63,082 bases of DNA, filler included, from Octopus bimaculoides (GCF_001194135.2; 4 parts of 4 records of this genome joined end to end with filler, not necessarily neighbours in it); one strand, 5' to 3'; counted from the first letter of the whole stretch, positions 26,418-38,768 are shown. Program-made: numbers and translations. Notes: generated from the sequence alone by a model not told the origin.

Positions 26418-26990
26418 CAGGGTGGCCACAAAGTGGGAGATATCAAGTATGCTTTATTAGCAATGAAGTAGGTAATCCATTACAAATCCTGAAAGTGTTG
26501 ACCATGTAGCTCTAAACAAATGTATGTATGGATTTCGAAACTGCGATGAACACTTTCAAATAACTCTTCAATACCGTTCACTTATTCAGAAGCTTTGAAG
26601 ACGTCATTGCTCACGAATCTTTTCAGAACGCAGAAAACATTTCTCTAGGAGAAAATGTCCATAGGATTTAAATATGGTGACCTTGGAGCCCATTCAGTTA
26701 TTCCGCGGCGCCCAATCCATCTCCTTGGAAAATGTTCATTTAAAATATGACGGACCTGTAATGCAGGTTTTCCCTTCCAAGTGAATGCACGTGCGGCATC
26801 ATCTTCTTGTCAAGCATGTCCAGATAAGATTCACCTATCACAGAAACCTCAAATTAAAATTGCCCAATTACTTGATTGTGCCAAATCCCATACCACACGA
26901 TTACCTTGCCTCCGCCTTGTTGATTATTTGCCTGTATCTAATAAGCATTGTTTTTCGAGTAACACCGGCAGTTGTGAACGGAGATAAAAG
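26418..26990 (-). mobile_element. Tc1/mariner-superfamily transposon, 3' half (possibly DD41D rosa/Visitor-like)
   Basis: TA|CAGGGTGGCCACAAAG terminus at 26416-26433. Minus strand reads VWYGIWHNQVIGQF*FE...GESYLDML and QVRHILNEHFPRRWIGRRGITEWAPRSPYLNPMD, matching the VWCGI...IGP.FF / RWIGR...WPPRSPDLNP motifs. Subfamily assignment is inference. Confidence 0.85.
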
Positions 26991-27065
26991 AAAAGAGAAT
27001 GTTAGTAATTTTATATATTGCAGGATGGTGCCTGGCTTTATATATTTATATATAAATATGGATAG

Positions 27066-27096
<31 letters not shown>

Positions 27097-27099
27097 GAC

Positions 27100-27136
<37 letters not shown>

Positions 27137-27194
27137 CACACACACACATACACCCCCCCACACACACACACACATATGTATATATATATATATA

Positions 27195-27294
27195 NNNNNN
27201 NNNNNNNNNNNNNNNNNNNNNNNNNNNNNNNNNNNNNNTTAATTAATTAANNNNNNNNNNNNNNNNNNNNNNNNNNNNNNNNNNNNNNNNNNNN
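27195..27294. other. Assembly linker 44N-TTAATTAATTAA-44N
   Basis: Exactly 100 bp, identical to 42062-42161 and 61810-61909. Confidence 0.92.
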
Positions 27295-27337
<43 letters not shown>

Positions 27338-27890
27338 TTATATTGATATATATATTATCATCGTGTTTCAAAAGCATTAAATCCTATATCTTTCAGATCC
27401 CTCGTGGAAACACTTTGGGCCTATTCATGTTATTATTACTTGAGAACATCTGTAAAATTCTCTCGTTAATAGACACATGCTATTAATTAAATTCCTCTCT
27501 AAAGTTCTTAATATATTTATATTAATGGTGTTAATCTTTGAAACCTCTCTCAGAAATTATTATCCATTTATAAGATACGAAAATCTGTTCAGTCATTTTA
27601 CATAACGTTCATAGTAATATTAATGTCATGAAAGCGATGTAGCTTTACATTAGACATGTACTCAATAACATCATATAGCTAGAATAATATTGATCAAAAT
27701 CTTCGATGGGGGAACAAGCCGAGGTGAAATGTTTAAATAAAATAGATTACTTATTTGGTGTTTGTTTTTATTATGAGGTTTCATGCCATTGACTCGTTTA
27801 CGCTCGCTCACCCCATTTGGTTTGATGTATTTTTTTCAGGTTACACTACGTAGGCCATTATCTATTTAAAATCAATTAAACTGAACATAC

Positions 27891-27949
27891 CTGATTATTA
27901 ATCGGTTTTATTAAATATATAGAAGGCACTAATGCTCTGTTTGTTCTTC
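27891..27949 (-). CDS. Candidate internal exon (GRTNRALVPSIYLIKPINNQ), unrecognised
   Basis: Minus strand TGTGATTTCAG|59 nt|GTATGT. One open frame (phase 1 to 0); no homology recognised. Confidence 0.2.
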
Positions 27950-28467
27950 CTGAAATCACAAGCATTCATATCCAGATGAGTTGTCACGACATGGCAGAAA
28001 TCATTACGGAGAAATATTTCGTTTAAAATGAAGTAGAAGCAATGCATTTGAGAGTTTAATTATAGATATTGCAGTTAAGTTACTACAGTGGTGATTTACC
28101 ATATGATCAAGAACATTTCAATCGAGAGGTTTTGTTTTACTTTTCTTTATTAGTGCAATACTTAATATTAGAGGAAAGAAATATGGCAAATGATATTGCA
28201 CTCAGAACCTGAATGGCGCCTTATCGACTTGATATCCGGTAACAGAAAAGGAGTTATTGTCAGTGAAACTATTTGAACTAGGACGAACAAAAATGTTTCC
28301 AGTAAAAATACAGTACCAGGATTTTGTCAGTAGTGTGTAATTGATTACATCGTCGATTATATCGGAACTTGATTGGTATGTTATTTTCGTCGTTACGGAG
28401 GAAGGAAAGCCACTTCAGGTCTACTTTATTTGAACTCAGAAGACTAGTAGTGGCACACACACACACG

Positions 28468-28520
<53 letters not shown>

Positions 28521-29489
28521 NNNNNNNNNNNNNNNNNNNNNNNNNNNNNNNNNNNNNNNNNNNNNNNNNNNNNNNNNNNNNNNNNNNNNNNNNNNNNNNN
28601 NNNNNNNNNNNNNNNNNNNNNNNNNNNNNNNNNNNNNNNNNNNNNNNNNNNNNNNNNNNNNNNNNNNNNNNNNNNNNNNNNNNNNNNNNNNNNNNNNNNN
28701 NNNNNNNNNNNNNNNNNNNNNNNNNNNNNNNNNNNNNNNNNNNNNNNNNNNNNNNNNNNNNNNNNNNNNNNNNNNNNNNNNNNNNNNNNNNNNNNNNNNN
28801 NNNNNNNNNNNNNNNNNNNNNNNNNNNNNNNNNNNNNNNNNNNNNNNNNNNNNNNNNNNNNNNNNNNNNNNNNNNNNNNNNNNNNNNNNNNNNNNNNNNN
28901 NNNNNNNNNNNNNNNNNNNNNNNNNNNNNNNNNNNNNNNNNNNNNNNNNNNNNNNNNNNNNNNNNNNNNNNNNNNNNNNNNNNNNNNNNNNNNNNNNNNN
29001 NNNNNNNNNNNNNNNNNNNNNNNNNNNNNNNNNNNNNNNNNNNNNNNNNNNNNNNNNNNNNNNNNNNNNNNNNNNNNNNNNNNNNNNNNNNNNNNNNNNN
29101 NNNNNNNNNNNNNNNNATATATATATATATATATATACATATATTTATGTGTGTGTATGCATTCATACATGAACATACACATATATATATGTATACACAC
29201 GCGCACACAATGAGCAGAAGAAAATGACGATTTAGTTACATACTCCATTATAGCAACATATATTATGTAAGCTTAAGTACTGCTGAGAGAATCGTTATAT
29301 AAAGGAGAGCATAGTCATCTTGAAACAATACACCTTCCGACGAAAATAGTAATAATAATACATATATATATATATATATGTGTGTGTGTGGGGGTGTATA
29401 CACAGCCATTTTAGAGTTGCTATCTTCTACTGAACATTTTGTATATTGTTATTTTCCAGTTTGTATTTATTGTACATTTTCTGTTTCCT

Positions 29490-30050
29490 TGCCATCTTCT
29501 ACTGGCCCTGAAATACAACTGTTTAAGAGATTCAAATCAAAGTGGGTGGAAATTGACAAGAACAATTACCAAACTGCAACAGATGGCAATAACATTGCAG
29601 AGAAAATCTGGGATGCTGAAAAAAATCATTCAATTTGCTCAAGCTCAGCATGATGAAGAGCAGCCTAGTGATGACTACAAGGAATTGCTCGAGCTAACCT
29701 TCATTTTCCTCGGTAGTACTCTAAGTCAGGAATCAGCTTTAAAGCACCCAGAGTATATAACAGAGCACGATGTATGGCTAATCATATTTACTGCATTAAA
29801 ATTTCGATGTTTAAATCTCAGTTTAAACTAACCGAGAGAGAGGAAAAAGGACTGAGAGATGTTTGCTGCATTTCAGATGTGATATACATCAACTCGTAGT
29901 ACTTGGCATCCATACCCTCATGCACACCCCGTTCAGATCTGCATTTTGTGCAAAGTCTGCAACTGTACAACGAAAAGGATAACAAAATTGCAAGTGATGC
30001 ACTCAATAAGTTTTTGTGACATTTCTGGTACCTCTCGGAGTAGTCTACAA
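29490..30050 (+). mobile_element. DNA transposase fragment of the cc8L18.2-like type (probably hAT/hATm), pseudogenised
   Basis: STGPEIQLFKRFKSKW...QPSDDYKELLELTFIFLG...FKAPRVYNRARCMANHIYCIK...FKLTEREEKGLRDVC...RSDLHFVQSL...HFWYLSE matches the recalled motif string QPRDDYRELLEL..IFLG / PGA.HHARWMAKAIY.LK / HLWYLSEE. Superfamily label is from recall. Confidence 0.7.
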
Positions 30051-30303
30051 TTTGTTTTTTACGTGTCCTTTTAATGATATTAGATATACCAGTTTAATTT
30101 TAAAATTCTAGTTTAATATATATATAAATTTTAATTTCACATTTTATCTATGAGTCTTGTATATTGGTGTAAATAAGTCTAAATGAACTTTACCATTGTA
30201 TTTTAAATTAATGCCACTTCATTGTTTTTGTATACTGCCTTAATTGATTATTTACATTATTATACACTATTTCATTTTATAGATAGATAGATAGATAGAT
30301 AGA

Positions 30304-30336
<33 letters not shown>

Positions 30337-30519
30337 TCTTACAGATATACATGCTCACAAACTGTTAAACGTATACATCTTTACTGCTGTTACACGCAGA
30401 CACATGCTAATCGCGTCTTGCTCCATTCCCACGCGCACTTCCACACGTAATTATAGACATTCTCATACTCATTCACTCACACTCACACATACACACACAC
30501 ACGAGCGATATGATGTGTG

Positions 30520-30572
<53 letters not shown>

Positions 30573-30653
30573 NNNNNNNNNNNNNNNNNNNNNNNNNNNN
30601 NNNNNNNNNNNNNNNNNNNNNNNNNNNNNNNNNNNNNNNNNNNNNNNNNNNNN

Positions 30654-31366
30654 TGTATATTTAAATACTTAAGAGGAATCCACTCATGGGATTCCTTACG
30701 CTAGAAAGAACTGCTAGGTTCTAGAACCGCAAAGTTAGGGATAAATCCCGAAAGGAACGAAATGAAAAATAAAAACTTTTACCATCTCTTCTCCTGGACC
30801 AATTGGTTTCTGATTTATTTTAGCAATTAATTTGCTAGGTGAAGTCGATATCAACAGGTACACCCAAGACTAAGATACGAGGCAATCAATTCCGTGCCTC
30901 TCCTTTATAGATCCTAATTTTTTCAGAAGATCCTAATTTTTTCAGATCTACTGCGCAGGCGCAGCCCCTCGCCGGCAATAAAGAATACCAGCTTTTAATA
31001 TTCGAAAATTATCCAAAACAAAACTTATAATACTTAATCATATCAAAGAGAAATGGAAATTTAATGAAAATTTTCACCTCCAAGTGGCCTAGCGTATAAG
31101 AGTTTAGTCCAAAGACTGTGAATTCCTCATAAGGTACAGTGTATATTTAAATACATAAGAGGAATCCACTCATGAGATTATTAATTTTTTTATTTTTCAT
31201 TTCGTTCCTTTCGGGATTTTATCCCTAATTTTGTATTTCTAGAACCTAGCAGTTCTCTCTAGAGTAAAGAATCCCTTGAGTGGATTCCTCTTATGTATTT
31301 AAATATACATTGTAACTTATGAGTAATTCATTCTCTTTGGACTAAACTTTTATACGCTAGGCCACT
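30654..31366. mobile_element. Non-coding element with A-B ... A B'-A' direct and inverted repeat architecture
   Basis: 30654-30775 is the reverse complement of 31186-31310. 31083-31179 is a direct copy of module A and the reverse complement of 31269-31366. The left end is lost in an N gap. Confidence 0.8.
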
Positions 31367-33104
31367 GATCAAGGATGATATTCTGTCCCACTACGATTTT
31401 TATGCAAATGTCTCCCGCATTTGCTGCTACACTCCACCCTATTTATAGCAATAACTCTTTAATCGAAATCCACCAACATAATGTTAATTTTAGGCGTATA
31501 AACACACAATATCCGTATCTTTCGAGTGAAAGAAATGTTGAAAATTGTTTGATCGAAACTATAACAAGGAAATGTGGTGTCAAAGAAGAATACCTTTACG
31601 TGATATTGTCGAAGTGTGATGTTGTATTAATGACAAAAGAAAATTCAAAATATTGTACCGTGGCTTTTGGAGACAAAATGAATTTAATACAATTTATGTG
31701 AATTATGAAACGAACAGGTGGATACAATAATAACCTATCAATGATATATCTGATATAAAATTCATGATTGTTTCATTTTGTCAAATAAACGTTTATATAG
31801 TTAGATATAAATATACGCACATGCCACACAACTATACGAGCATGCACCTTACCCTACTTTCGTCTCTCTTTCCTCTCTCTTTCTCTNNNNNNNNNNAGGG
31901 AGATAGATAGATAGATAGATAGATACATACATACATACATACATATATACATACATACATATATACATACATATATACATACATACATACATACATACAT
32001 ACATACATACATACATACTCAGGATAATGTGTTTGCATGACATTTTACTCAGAAAAAACGATAAATGTGAGTGCATGTCTTGTGCGTCATACTTTCTCTA
32101 TACGTGATGTCAATTAAACCTTTGTGCATGGAAACAATCCTGATATGATTGTGTTCGGTAGTTATGACTAATTTACATAAATACTGCCGCCTTATAAAAT
32201 AGAGGTGACCCTGAGTATAAAGGTAAATATGGTTTCTTGGAATTTGTTGAGTGTCTTGCTTTTCGATAGGTCTTGTTCTTGTATATTTATTGCGTCATTA
32301 AACTACAAGATTCAAGAACAGACTTTTGTGAGAGGTTTTACTTGAAATACACGAATGTGTAACAATTGGTTTGGAATACAACTAAAGTGAAAATCTTATG
32401 TCTTTGATGCCGTCTCTAATGTTTTTCGGGTGCCTTAAACACGTACATACATATACATGTACATGTATGCACAAACATACATACTCACGCCTGAATACAA
32501 ACTCTCACATACAGATATTCTTACACATATACACAATCATAGATATAAACAGAATAAAGAAACATACATATGCATATTGTCATACATACCAAGAGGCATG
32601 TATATGCATTGCCACACACAACGGATGGTTTCAAGCAGAAATATACAGATACAGACAAATAATCTATCTCACCGAACATAGACGGTATACTACCCACTCA
32701 TTTCCTCACACATACGTACCTGCACAAGTAGCTTTTGAACAGAAAAGGCTCGACAAAAGATATAGTATTTAGAGCATGTAAGATCAGCAGGCGAAGAACC
32801 AGCCTATCGTTCCATAAAATACGGATACCAGATTCACTTAAAACTGATATCTATAAAAACGGATTTCAATTTTAAGGGCAGAATCACTTGCTATAAATTA
32901 CATTGTCCCAAATTTAATCCACAAACATAGCAGTTGCGGTTGACTATGATTGTAAATACTTATTACCTTCATCAATCAGCATTGAAGTATGACTAATTAT
33001 CAGCGAACTTCATCGTCCAGACATGCTGCATTGAGAAGCCATTGGCCCCTGACGGTGTAGCGCAAGATGCGCCAAGTAAAATGAAGACAATATATCAGCA
33101 TCTG

Positions 33105-33335
33105 AAGGCGGCGAGCTGGCAGAAACGTTAGCGCGCCGGGCGAAATGCTTAGCGGTATTTCGTCTGTCGTTACTTCTGAGTTCAAATTCCGCCAAGGTCG
33201 ACTTTGCCTTTCATCATTTTGGGGTCGATAAATACAGTTACATTTACGCACTGGGTCGATTTAATCAACTTAATCTCTTTGCCTGTCTTTGATTTTCCCC
33301 TCTATGTTTAGCCCCTTGTGGGCAATAAAGAAATA
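33105..33335 (+). mobile_element. tRNA-derived SINE, family A head and core with an alternative 3' tail
   Basis: AAGGCGGCGAGCTGGCAGAAACGTTAG (A-box-like), GAGTTCAAATTCC (B box, 33178-33190), tail ...CCCCTTGTGGGCAATAAAGAAATAAG. Confidence 0.9.
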
Positions 33336-33515
33336 AGAAACGTTAGTACGCCGGGAAAAATGTTTAGCAGGATTTCGTCTGTCTTCCCGTTGAGTTCAAA
33401 TTCCACCGAGGTCAAATTTGCCTTTCGTTCTTTCTTGTTCAATACTGTGGTCGACCTAATCGACTGCCCCCACTCCCTCAAAATTTCGGGCCTTGTGCCT
33501 AGAGTAGAAAAGAAT
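33336..33515 (+). mobile_element. tRNA-derived SINE, family A, 5'-truncated second monomer
   Basis: Starts at AGAAACGTTAG, B box GAGTTCAAATTCC, standard tail GGGCCTTGTGCCTAGAGTAGAAAAGAAT. Confidence 0.88.
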
Positions 33516-34538
33516 ATGTCAACACCTGTTGTGTTGAGATTCGTATGTGCTACCAGAGCAATGCTTATATGTGTCTTTACCATGTGAGACTGTGTCGACT
33601 ATATTTGATTATATATACAATAAAATGTCATTTTACAGCAGTTCTAGATAAAGTAGTGGTAGTAAGTTCTATGGTGTTTCCGATGAGTTCTGTTTTTCCC
33701 AGCGTTAATACACAGACGAATGTGTCCAGCAACATTCTTGACTATGTATTAGGGCAGTGGATCCTGAAGTTGTCACTAAGTTTAGAGCTGAACCACAAAC
33801 ATAATCTTATTCCGATGATTATGTTTCTCAAATTACTAAATATTGTGAGAGTAAAACTACGATCATTTGACGGGAAGAAAACATCAAGTGCAGAGCATAA
33901 AGAAGAACAATATAATAGCGTGTCGTTGTAAATCATTGTTGAGTATATAGAGAGCCTTTGTTTCCTCAATAAGTTGAAAAAGGCAACATGACACAAGTGA
34001 TTTCGTAGAATAACAATATTATGTCGATTGTTTCTTCAAGGGTTCCTTAGGTTCGAGGAAGATTAACTGAATGGCAAAGTTTCGAGAAATCTACAAATGA
34101 AAATATAGTAGTAAGATTTATAGCTCAGACGCTCTCAATAAACGGCCATATAATAATTATTTCATCAGTCAATAGTAGTACCTATAAGTGTATTGTCATA
34201 TCGTATCACATGCAGTTTCATGCTGCGCCCTGCTGAGATCCACAATCAAGATAGGGATACTGAGAGTCAACACACCTGAAATGTAAGGAAAACAGCCAAA
34301 CAGCATGGAATTGACTGATTGACACATATGAACTAGTGCTAACCAACTGCAAATCTGCATTCAAAAATAATTAATCCACATTACACGCTTCACAGACAAT
34401 TAGCAGTCCTCTTTAGCATAGCGTACTGTTAATGCAATCAGTGGTCAATGAAAATCAACAGAATTAAAATTAAAGCCTTAAGCCAATAGAGTATCTAATT
34501 GAATAATGACTTTCGGAATCTTCGTGAAGGAGACAAAT

Positions 34539-34707
34539 ATGGCCGACAAGTCTTCAAATAAGCTTAAGCTAAAACACTATACGACAAGTGATAACTTCAC
34601 TGGCGAAAACAAGGAACAGATAGGAAGTTCGTCATCCGGGAAACAAATCAACAGCTACATGATTGTGAGTTCAACACCACAACCACTAAGCCAGCAAATA
34701 AGTTTAG
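34539..34707 (+). CDS. Candidate first coding exon (MADKSSNKLKLKH...QQISL, 56 aa), unrecognised
   Basis: AAATATGG start context, 169-nt open frame, AG|GTATGT donor, and AGCCAATAG about 55 bp upstream. The donor coincides with the start of a (GTAT)n microsatellite, so it may be chance. Confidence 0.3.
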
Positions 34708-34882
34708 GTATGTATGTATATGTGTGTGTGTGTGCGCGCGCGCATGTCTGTATGTATACGATGAATGTAGATAGATAGGTACATAAAACCTAGTCGTATG
34801 ATCTCTATGATTCATAACAGGTTTAAGTCTAAGTCAAAAACTTGCATACAAACACACACATATATATTCTGCATATTTATAG

Positions 34883-34980
<98 letters not shown>

Positions 34981-35632
34981 GTAAAAAATATACATTAAAC
35001 CAGACAAAGCATCTGGTGGAAAATGATTCGTTAAACAAAACACAAGAATGATAGAATATGTACAAAGAGCTGACAATAATCGATTGCTATGCTATATTTG
35101 CGTCTTTGTGTGTGTGTGTATGTATGTATATATATATATATATATATATATGTATGCATGTATGTATGNNNNNNNNNNTATGTATGTATGTATGTATGTA
35201 TGTATGTGTATGTGCATGAGTGGGTGTCCGTGGGTGTGTGCGTGTGTGCGCGTATAATACGTGCATACACGCCACTTGCAAGCGAATAAGTGTTGGTGCT
35301 GTGCACCATATTTCCGTCAATTATTTTAAGTGCTAATGCGATCACAAGCAGACAACAACATCCTCTCAACCTTGCCTCAGTTGTCTCAACGGAACATAGT
35401 GGATATGTGAGCTGAGGTGAAAGAAGTATGTGCCAGCTGTCAGATGATACTCAATATTATCTGGGTAGTTCGGAACAGTGTGAACTGAAACGTTTTGTCT
35501 AACAACATGTTGTCCCTTCGAAGAACTGAACACGCGACACCGTAAGGAGTAGGCCTCGAAATTACGTACGCACACAATCACAAACACAAATACATATAAC
35601 ACAATCAAATACATATACTCACACACGCAAAT

Positions 35633-35667
<35 letters not shown>

Positions 35668-35848
35668 CACAAATGTATGATATGAGGTATCGTTTGTCAA
35701 CAGAAACCTTATAACTCTTCGGTTTTTAATTGAATGTTTGAGTGGTGTGATTCTTTGTAAGGATTTTTGTTTTTTTTTTAAAAATAACAGCAACATTTTG
35801 ATATTTTTGATCATTTAAATTTTACTTCGAAACCCTAGTTATATGATG

Positions 35849-35889
<41 letters not shown>

Positions 35890-37323
35890 AATATATATAC
35901 ACAAATACACACACACATACATGTACATATATATNNNNNNNNNNNNNNNNNNNNNNNNNNNNNNNNNNNNNNNNNNNNNNNNNNNNNNNNNNNNNNNNNN
36001 NNNNNNNNNNNNNNNNNNNNNNNNNNNNNNNATATATATATATATACATATGTATATGTAGTAGCTCTAAAATGACACGCGTTACTATAATTTCTTGCTT
36101 TGCTCGAAAAAGACAAAAATATATTAAGATTGAATGTAAACAGATTTAATCAATAAAAGCTAAAGGATTACGATTAATTAATCTATCGGCCATAACTATG
36201 TTCATTTCTAACGATGCTGGGTCAACGAGAGGTTATGAAGTGCATACTACATGTTCATTCGATATAAATAGGTAGTAGTTGTTCTGGACATGTGTTTTAG
36301 GTCTCATGGGAGGGTAAAAATATGAAAATTGGGTTTTTACTCGATATGAATTAATTCTGAAAACGAAGTAATTTACAATTAATAAATCAGAAAATATAAA
36401 CGTTCCAGAAATCGTTAATATAACTCGATCATTGGTTCATAAATATGCATTACTAAATAAAGAGAGAATTAATACCGGGGACACATATGTATATTTATAT
36501 AATCGTATGTTTGTAGACATTTGCACAATGTTAAAGAAGCGTTAGGTACAAAGTGAACATGTATTTAAATAGTTTAACATACAGACACATTTATAAATTT
36601 AATGACGCGAACGGATTATATTCTTAAATCAATAGCTCTATCATATATTGAAATATATGTACTATTTAATTAAACGAAGTTCTGAAACTTCCGTAGGCAG
36701 TCATCTTGTTTCGCCAATTACGAGATTATAAGCTTATTTAAAAATACACGTTGAGATTGGAGCAAATTATGAAAATTTGTTTCGCTCTATCTTTTGTCTT
36801 CATACTCCAAAGAAAGCGGACTGATTATGAAATTCTTGTCCGTTATCTCTGTGCCTGCATTACGCCTTGAAGCTTGTATAAGATGTATATGCACAATATT
36901 TAAGCGCATTTTACTCGAGTTTTGATAATTGGTCCTCGATTAATGAGAGACGGCCAAAAAATAAATTGATTTCAGTATAAATGCTTAGACATTCTTTAAT
37001 AGGAAAGTGTATCGTATTTGAATGAAATTATGAAAATTTAATCCACATCATCCTTAGTTTTTATGCCGCAGAGAAGAATCTGTCAGATTATGAGAAACCA
37101 AATGTAGCAGGGAAGTCGCATTGTGGTATTTATACATACACTATATTTATATATAAAATATGAACGCAAATTTGTGAAAATTAAATATTAGTTTAGGAGC
37201 TTATTTCAATTATAAAGGACAACCTCTTTGAAAATGTTAAACTCCTAAGGAATGGTAGATAAGAGCAAGTAAAATGGTATATACAAAAGATGAAGCTTAA
37301 GTTAGAGTCTCAAAAGTAATATA

Positions 37324-38360
37324 TTGGGTTGGCAACTAAGTGCCTGCGGTTTTCTTAAATTTAATTTTTTTAAAAGGTTTGATAAAAAAATAACAACTAA
37401 TTAATCAATAATGTATTCACCCTTGTTGTTTACAACTTCTTCCCAATTTTCCACAAGATTTTGAATATCTCGTTGGTAGAAATCACCCGATTTCGACTCG
37501 AAAAATTGATCCAACCAAGCTCTCAATTTTGCATCAGTATTCTGCATCAGTATTCTGCATCCGTTCAAGCAATTCGTAATGGATAATCCCTTCCTATTCC
37601 CACCATACGCACAACATCGTTTTACGCGGATGAAGATCTTGTTTCACGCGTAGTGTCGCTTGTTTACCGCGGCTAAGCCTTTCCTTACGCAGCTTCATAT
37701 TGATGTACAGGCACCATTTTGCGTTGCCAGTAACTATTCAGTAAATAAATCGTTGCTTGTGTCCATGAGTTGAGCGGTGACGAGCAAGCAAACCAGTGAA
37801 GATTGTGGCTCGTTGATTTTTGCTGTTGTCACTTAAAGCATGCGGAACCCATGCACCATACTTCTGAACCTTTCCCATCGTGTGAAGATGCTTCTCTATA
37901 GCAGTGTGGGGGCATTCCATTTTCTCTGCTAGTTCCCTTGTTGTTTGACAACAATTTTCGTGCAAAAGTCTGTTTAATCGCTCTTCATGGAACTCAACTG
38001 GACGGCCAGAACGAAGTGCGTATTTGAGGTCAAAATTTCCATTTTTGAACTTGGAATACCAACCACGAGCGGTTCTTTCAGCTATGTCACCCTCTCGATA
38101 CACAGCAAAAATATCGCGAGCAGCTTTTGCGGCCTTAGAACCTTGATTAAATGCGAAAAGAAGGAGGTTTTCTTAGTTTGACATTCCATTTAAATGATCT
38201 GAAAATAAACCAAAAATAACTAAAATTAAATTGAAAGAAAAAAAGATAGATTCCAAACTGATTCAAACATAGAATTCTCGAAAAAAATAGATTCCCAAAT
38301 TTAAAAACGCAATAAATTCCAAAATTAAAAAAAAAAGCATTAACTTAATTGCCAACCCAA
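37324..38360 (-). mobile_element. mariner element with both TIRs and TA TSD, internal deletion of the catalytic core
   Basis: TA|TTGGGTTGGCAACTAAGT ... ACTTAATTGCCAACCCAA|TA. ORF remnant FNQGSKAAKAARDI...RSGRP...TTRELAEK...WVPHALS...IVTG and C-terminal FYQRDIQNLVENWEEVVNNKGEYI. 1037 bp; the HDNARPH and YSPDL motifs are absent. Confidence 0.95.
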
Positions 38361-38542
38361 TATGTAAGTTAATTGTATATTTCATTCAAGTAAAGACGCC
38401 ACAAACATTATTTTCGTTCTAAAAAAAATATAATTCTGTTTCTTTGTAGGATCTCTATTGAATATCACTCTAGACTACAATTATTTACATTATCTACATT
38501 ATTTACAATTGACGGATATTTGTCCTCATTTTCTTTGTTGCT

Positions 38543-38588
38543 AACACAACGTTTAGGCTGATATACCCTCCAGCTTTCATCAGGTGTC
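38543..38588 (-). ncRNA. Degenerate minimal type I hammerhead motif (left arm)
   Basis: GACAC-CUGAUGA-A-AGCUG(GAGGGUAUAU)CAGCC-UAAA-CG-UU/GUGUU, with G12>U and an A10.1.C11.1 mismatch. Confidence 0.55.
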
Positions 38589-38653
38589 TTGGGGAAATTT
38601 CGAACGTGGGTTCTCATTACTGAGGTATTTTTCGATGTTGTTGTTGTTATAGC

Positions 38654-38695
<42 letters not shown>

Positions 38696-38729
38696 GGGTA
38701 TATGGCGTACTGGTTCGAAATTTCTCCAA

Positions 38730-38768
38730 GACACCTAATGAAGGTTGGAGGGTATATCAGCCGAAGCG
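38730..38768 (+). ncRNA. Degenerate minimal type I hammerhead motif (right arm)
   Basis: GACAC-CUAAUGA-A-GGUUG(GAGGGUAUAU)CAGCC-GAAG-CG, then a deletion; G5>A and A15.1>G. Confidence 0.5.

Noticed and set aside
27021-27032. CAGGATGGTGCC (QDGA) next to the transposase that lacks this motif
   Set aside because: It is on the opposite strand, only 12 nt long and has no flanking homology, so it is probably chance.
28172-28238. Possible 67-nt exon (RKEIWQMILHSEPEWRLIDLIS)
   Set aside because: Weak acceptor and donor, short, and unrecognised.
31310-31360. CTTATGA...GGACTAAAC as a hammerhead in module A
   Set aside because: Both copies share the non-canonical boxes, and neither stem II nor stem I pairs.
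31375-31701. 108-aa ORF
   Set aside because: No recognisable motif, weak splice signals, and a length expected by chance in 63 kb across six frames.
33545-33931. 128-aa ORF
   Set aside because: No recognisable domain or convincing exon boundaries.
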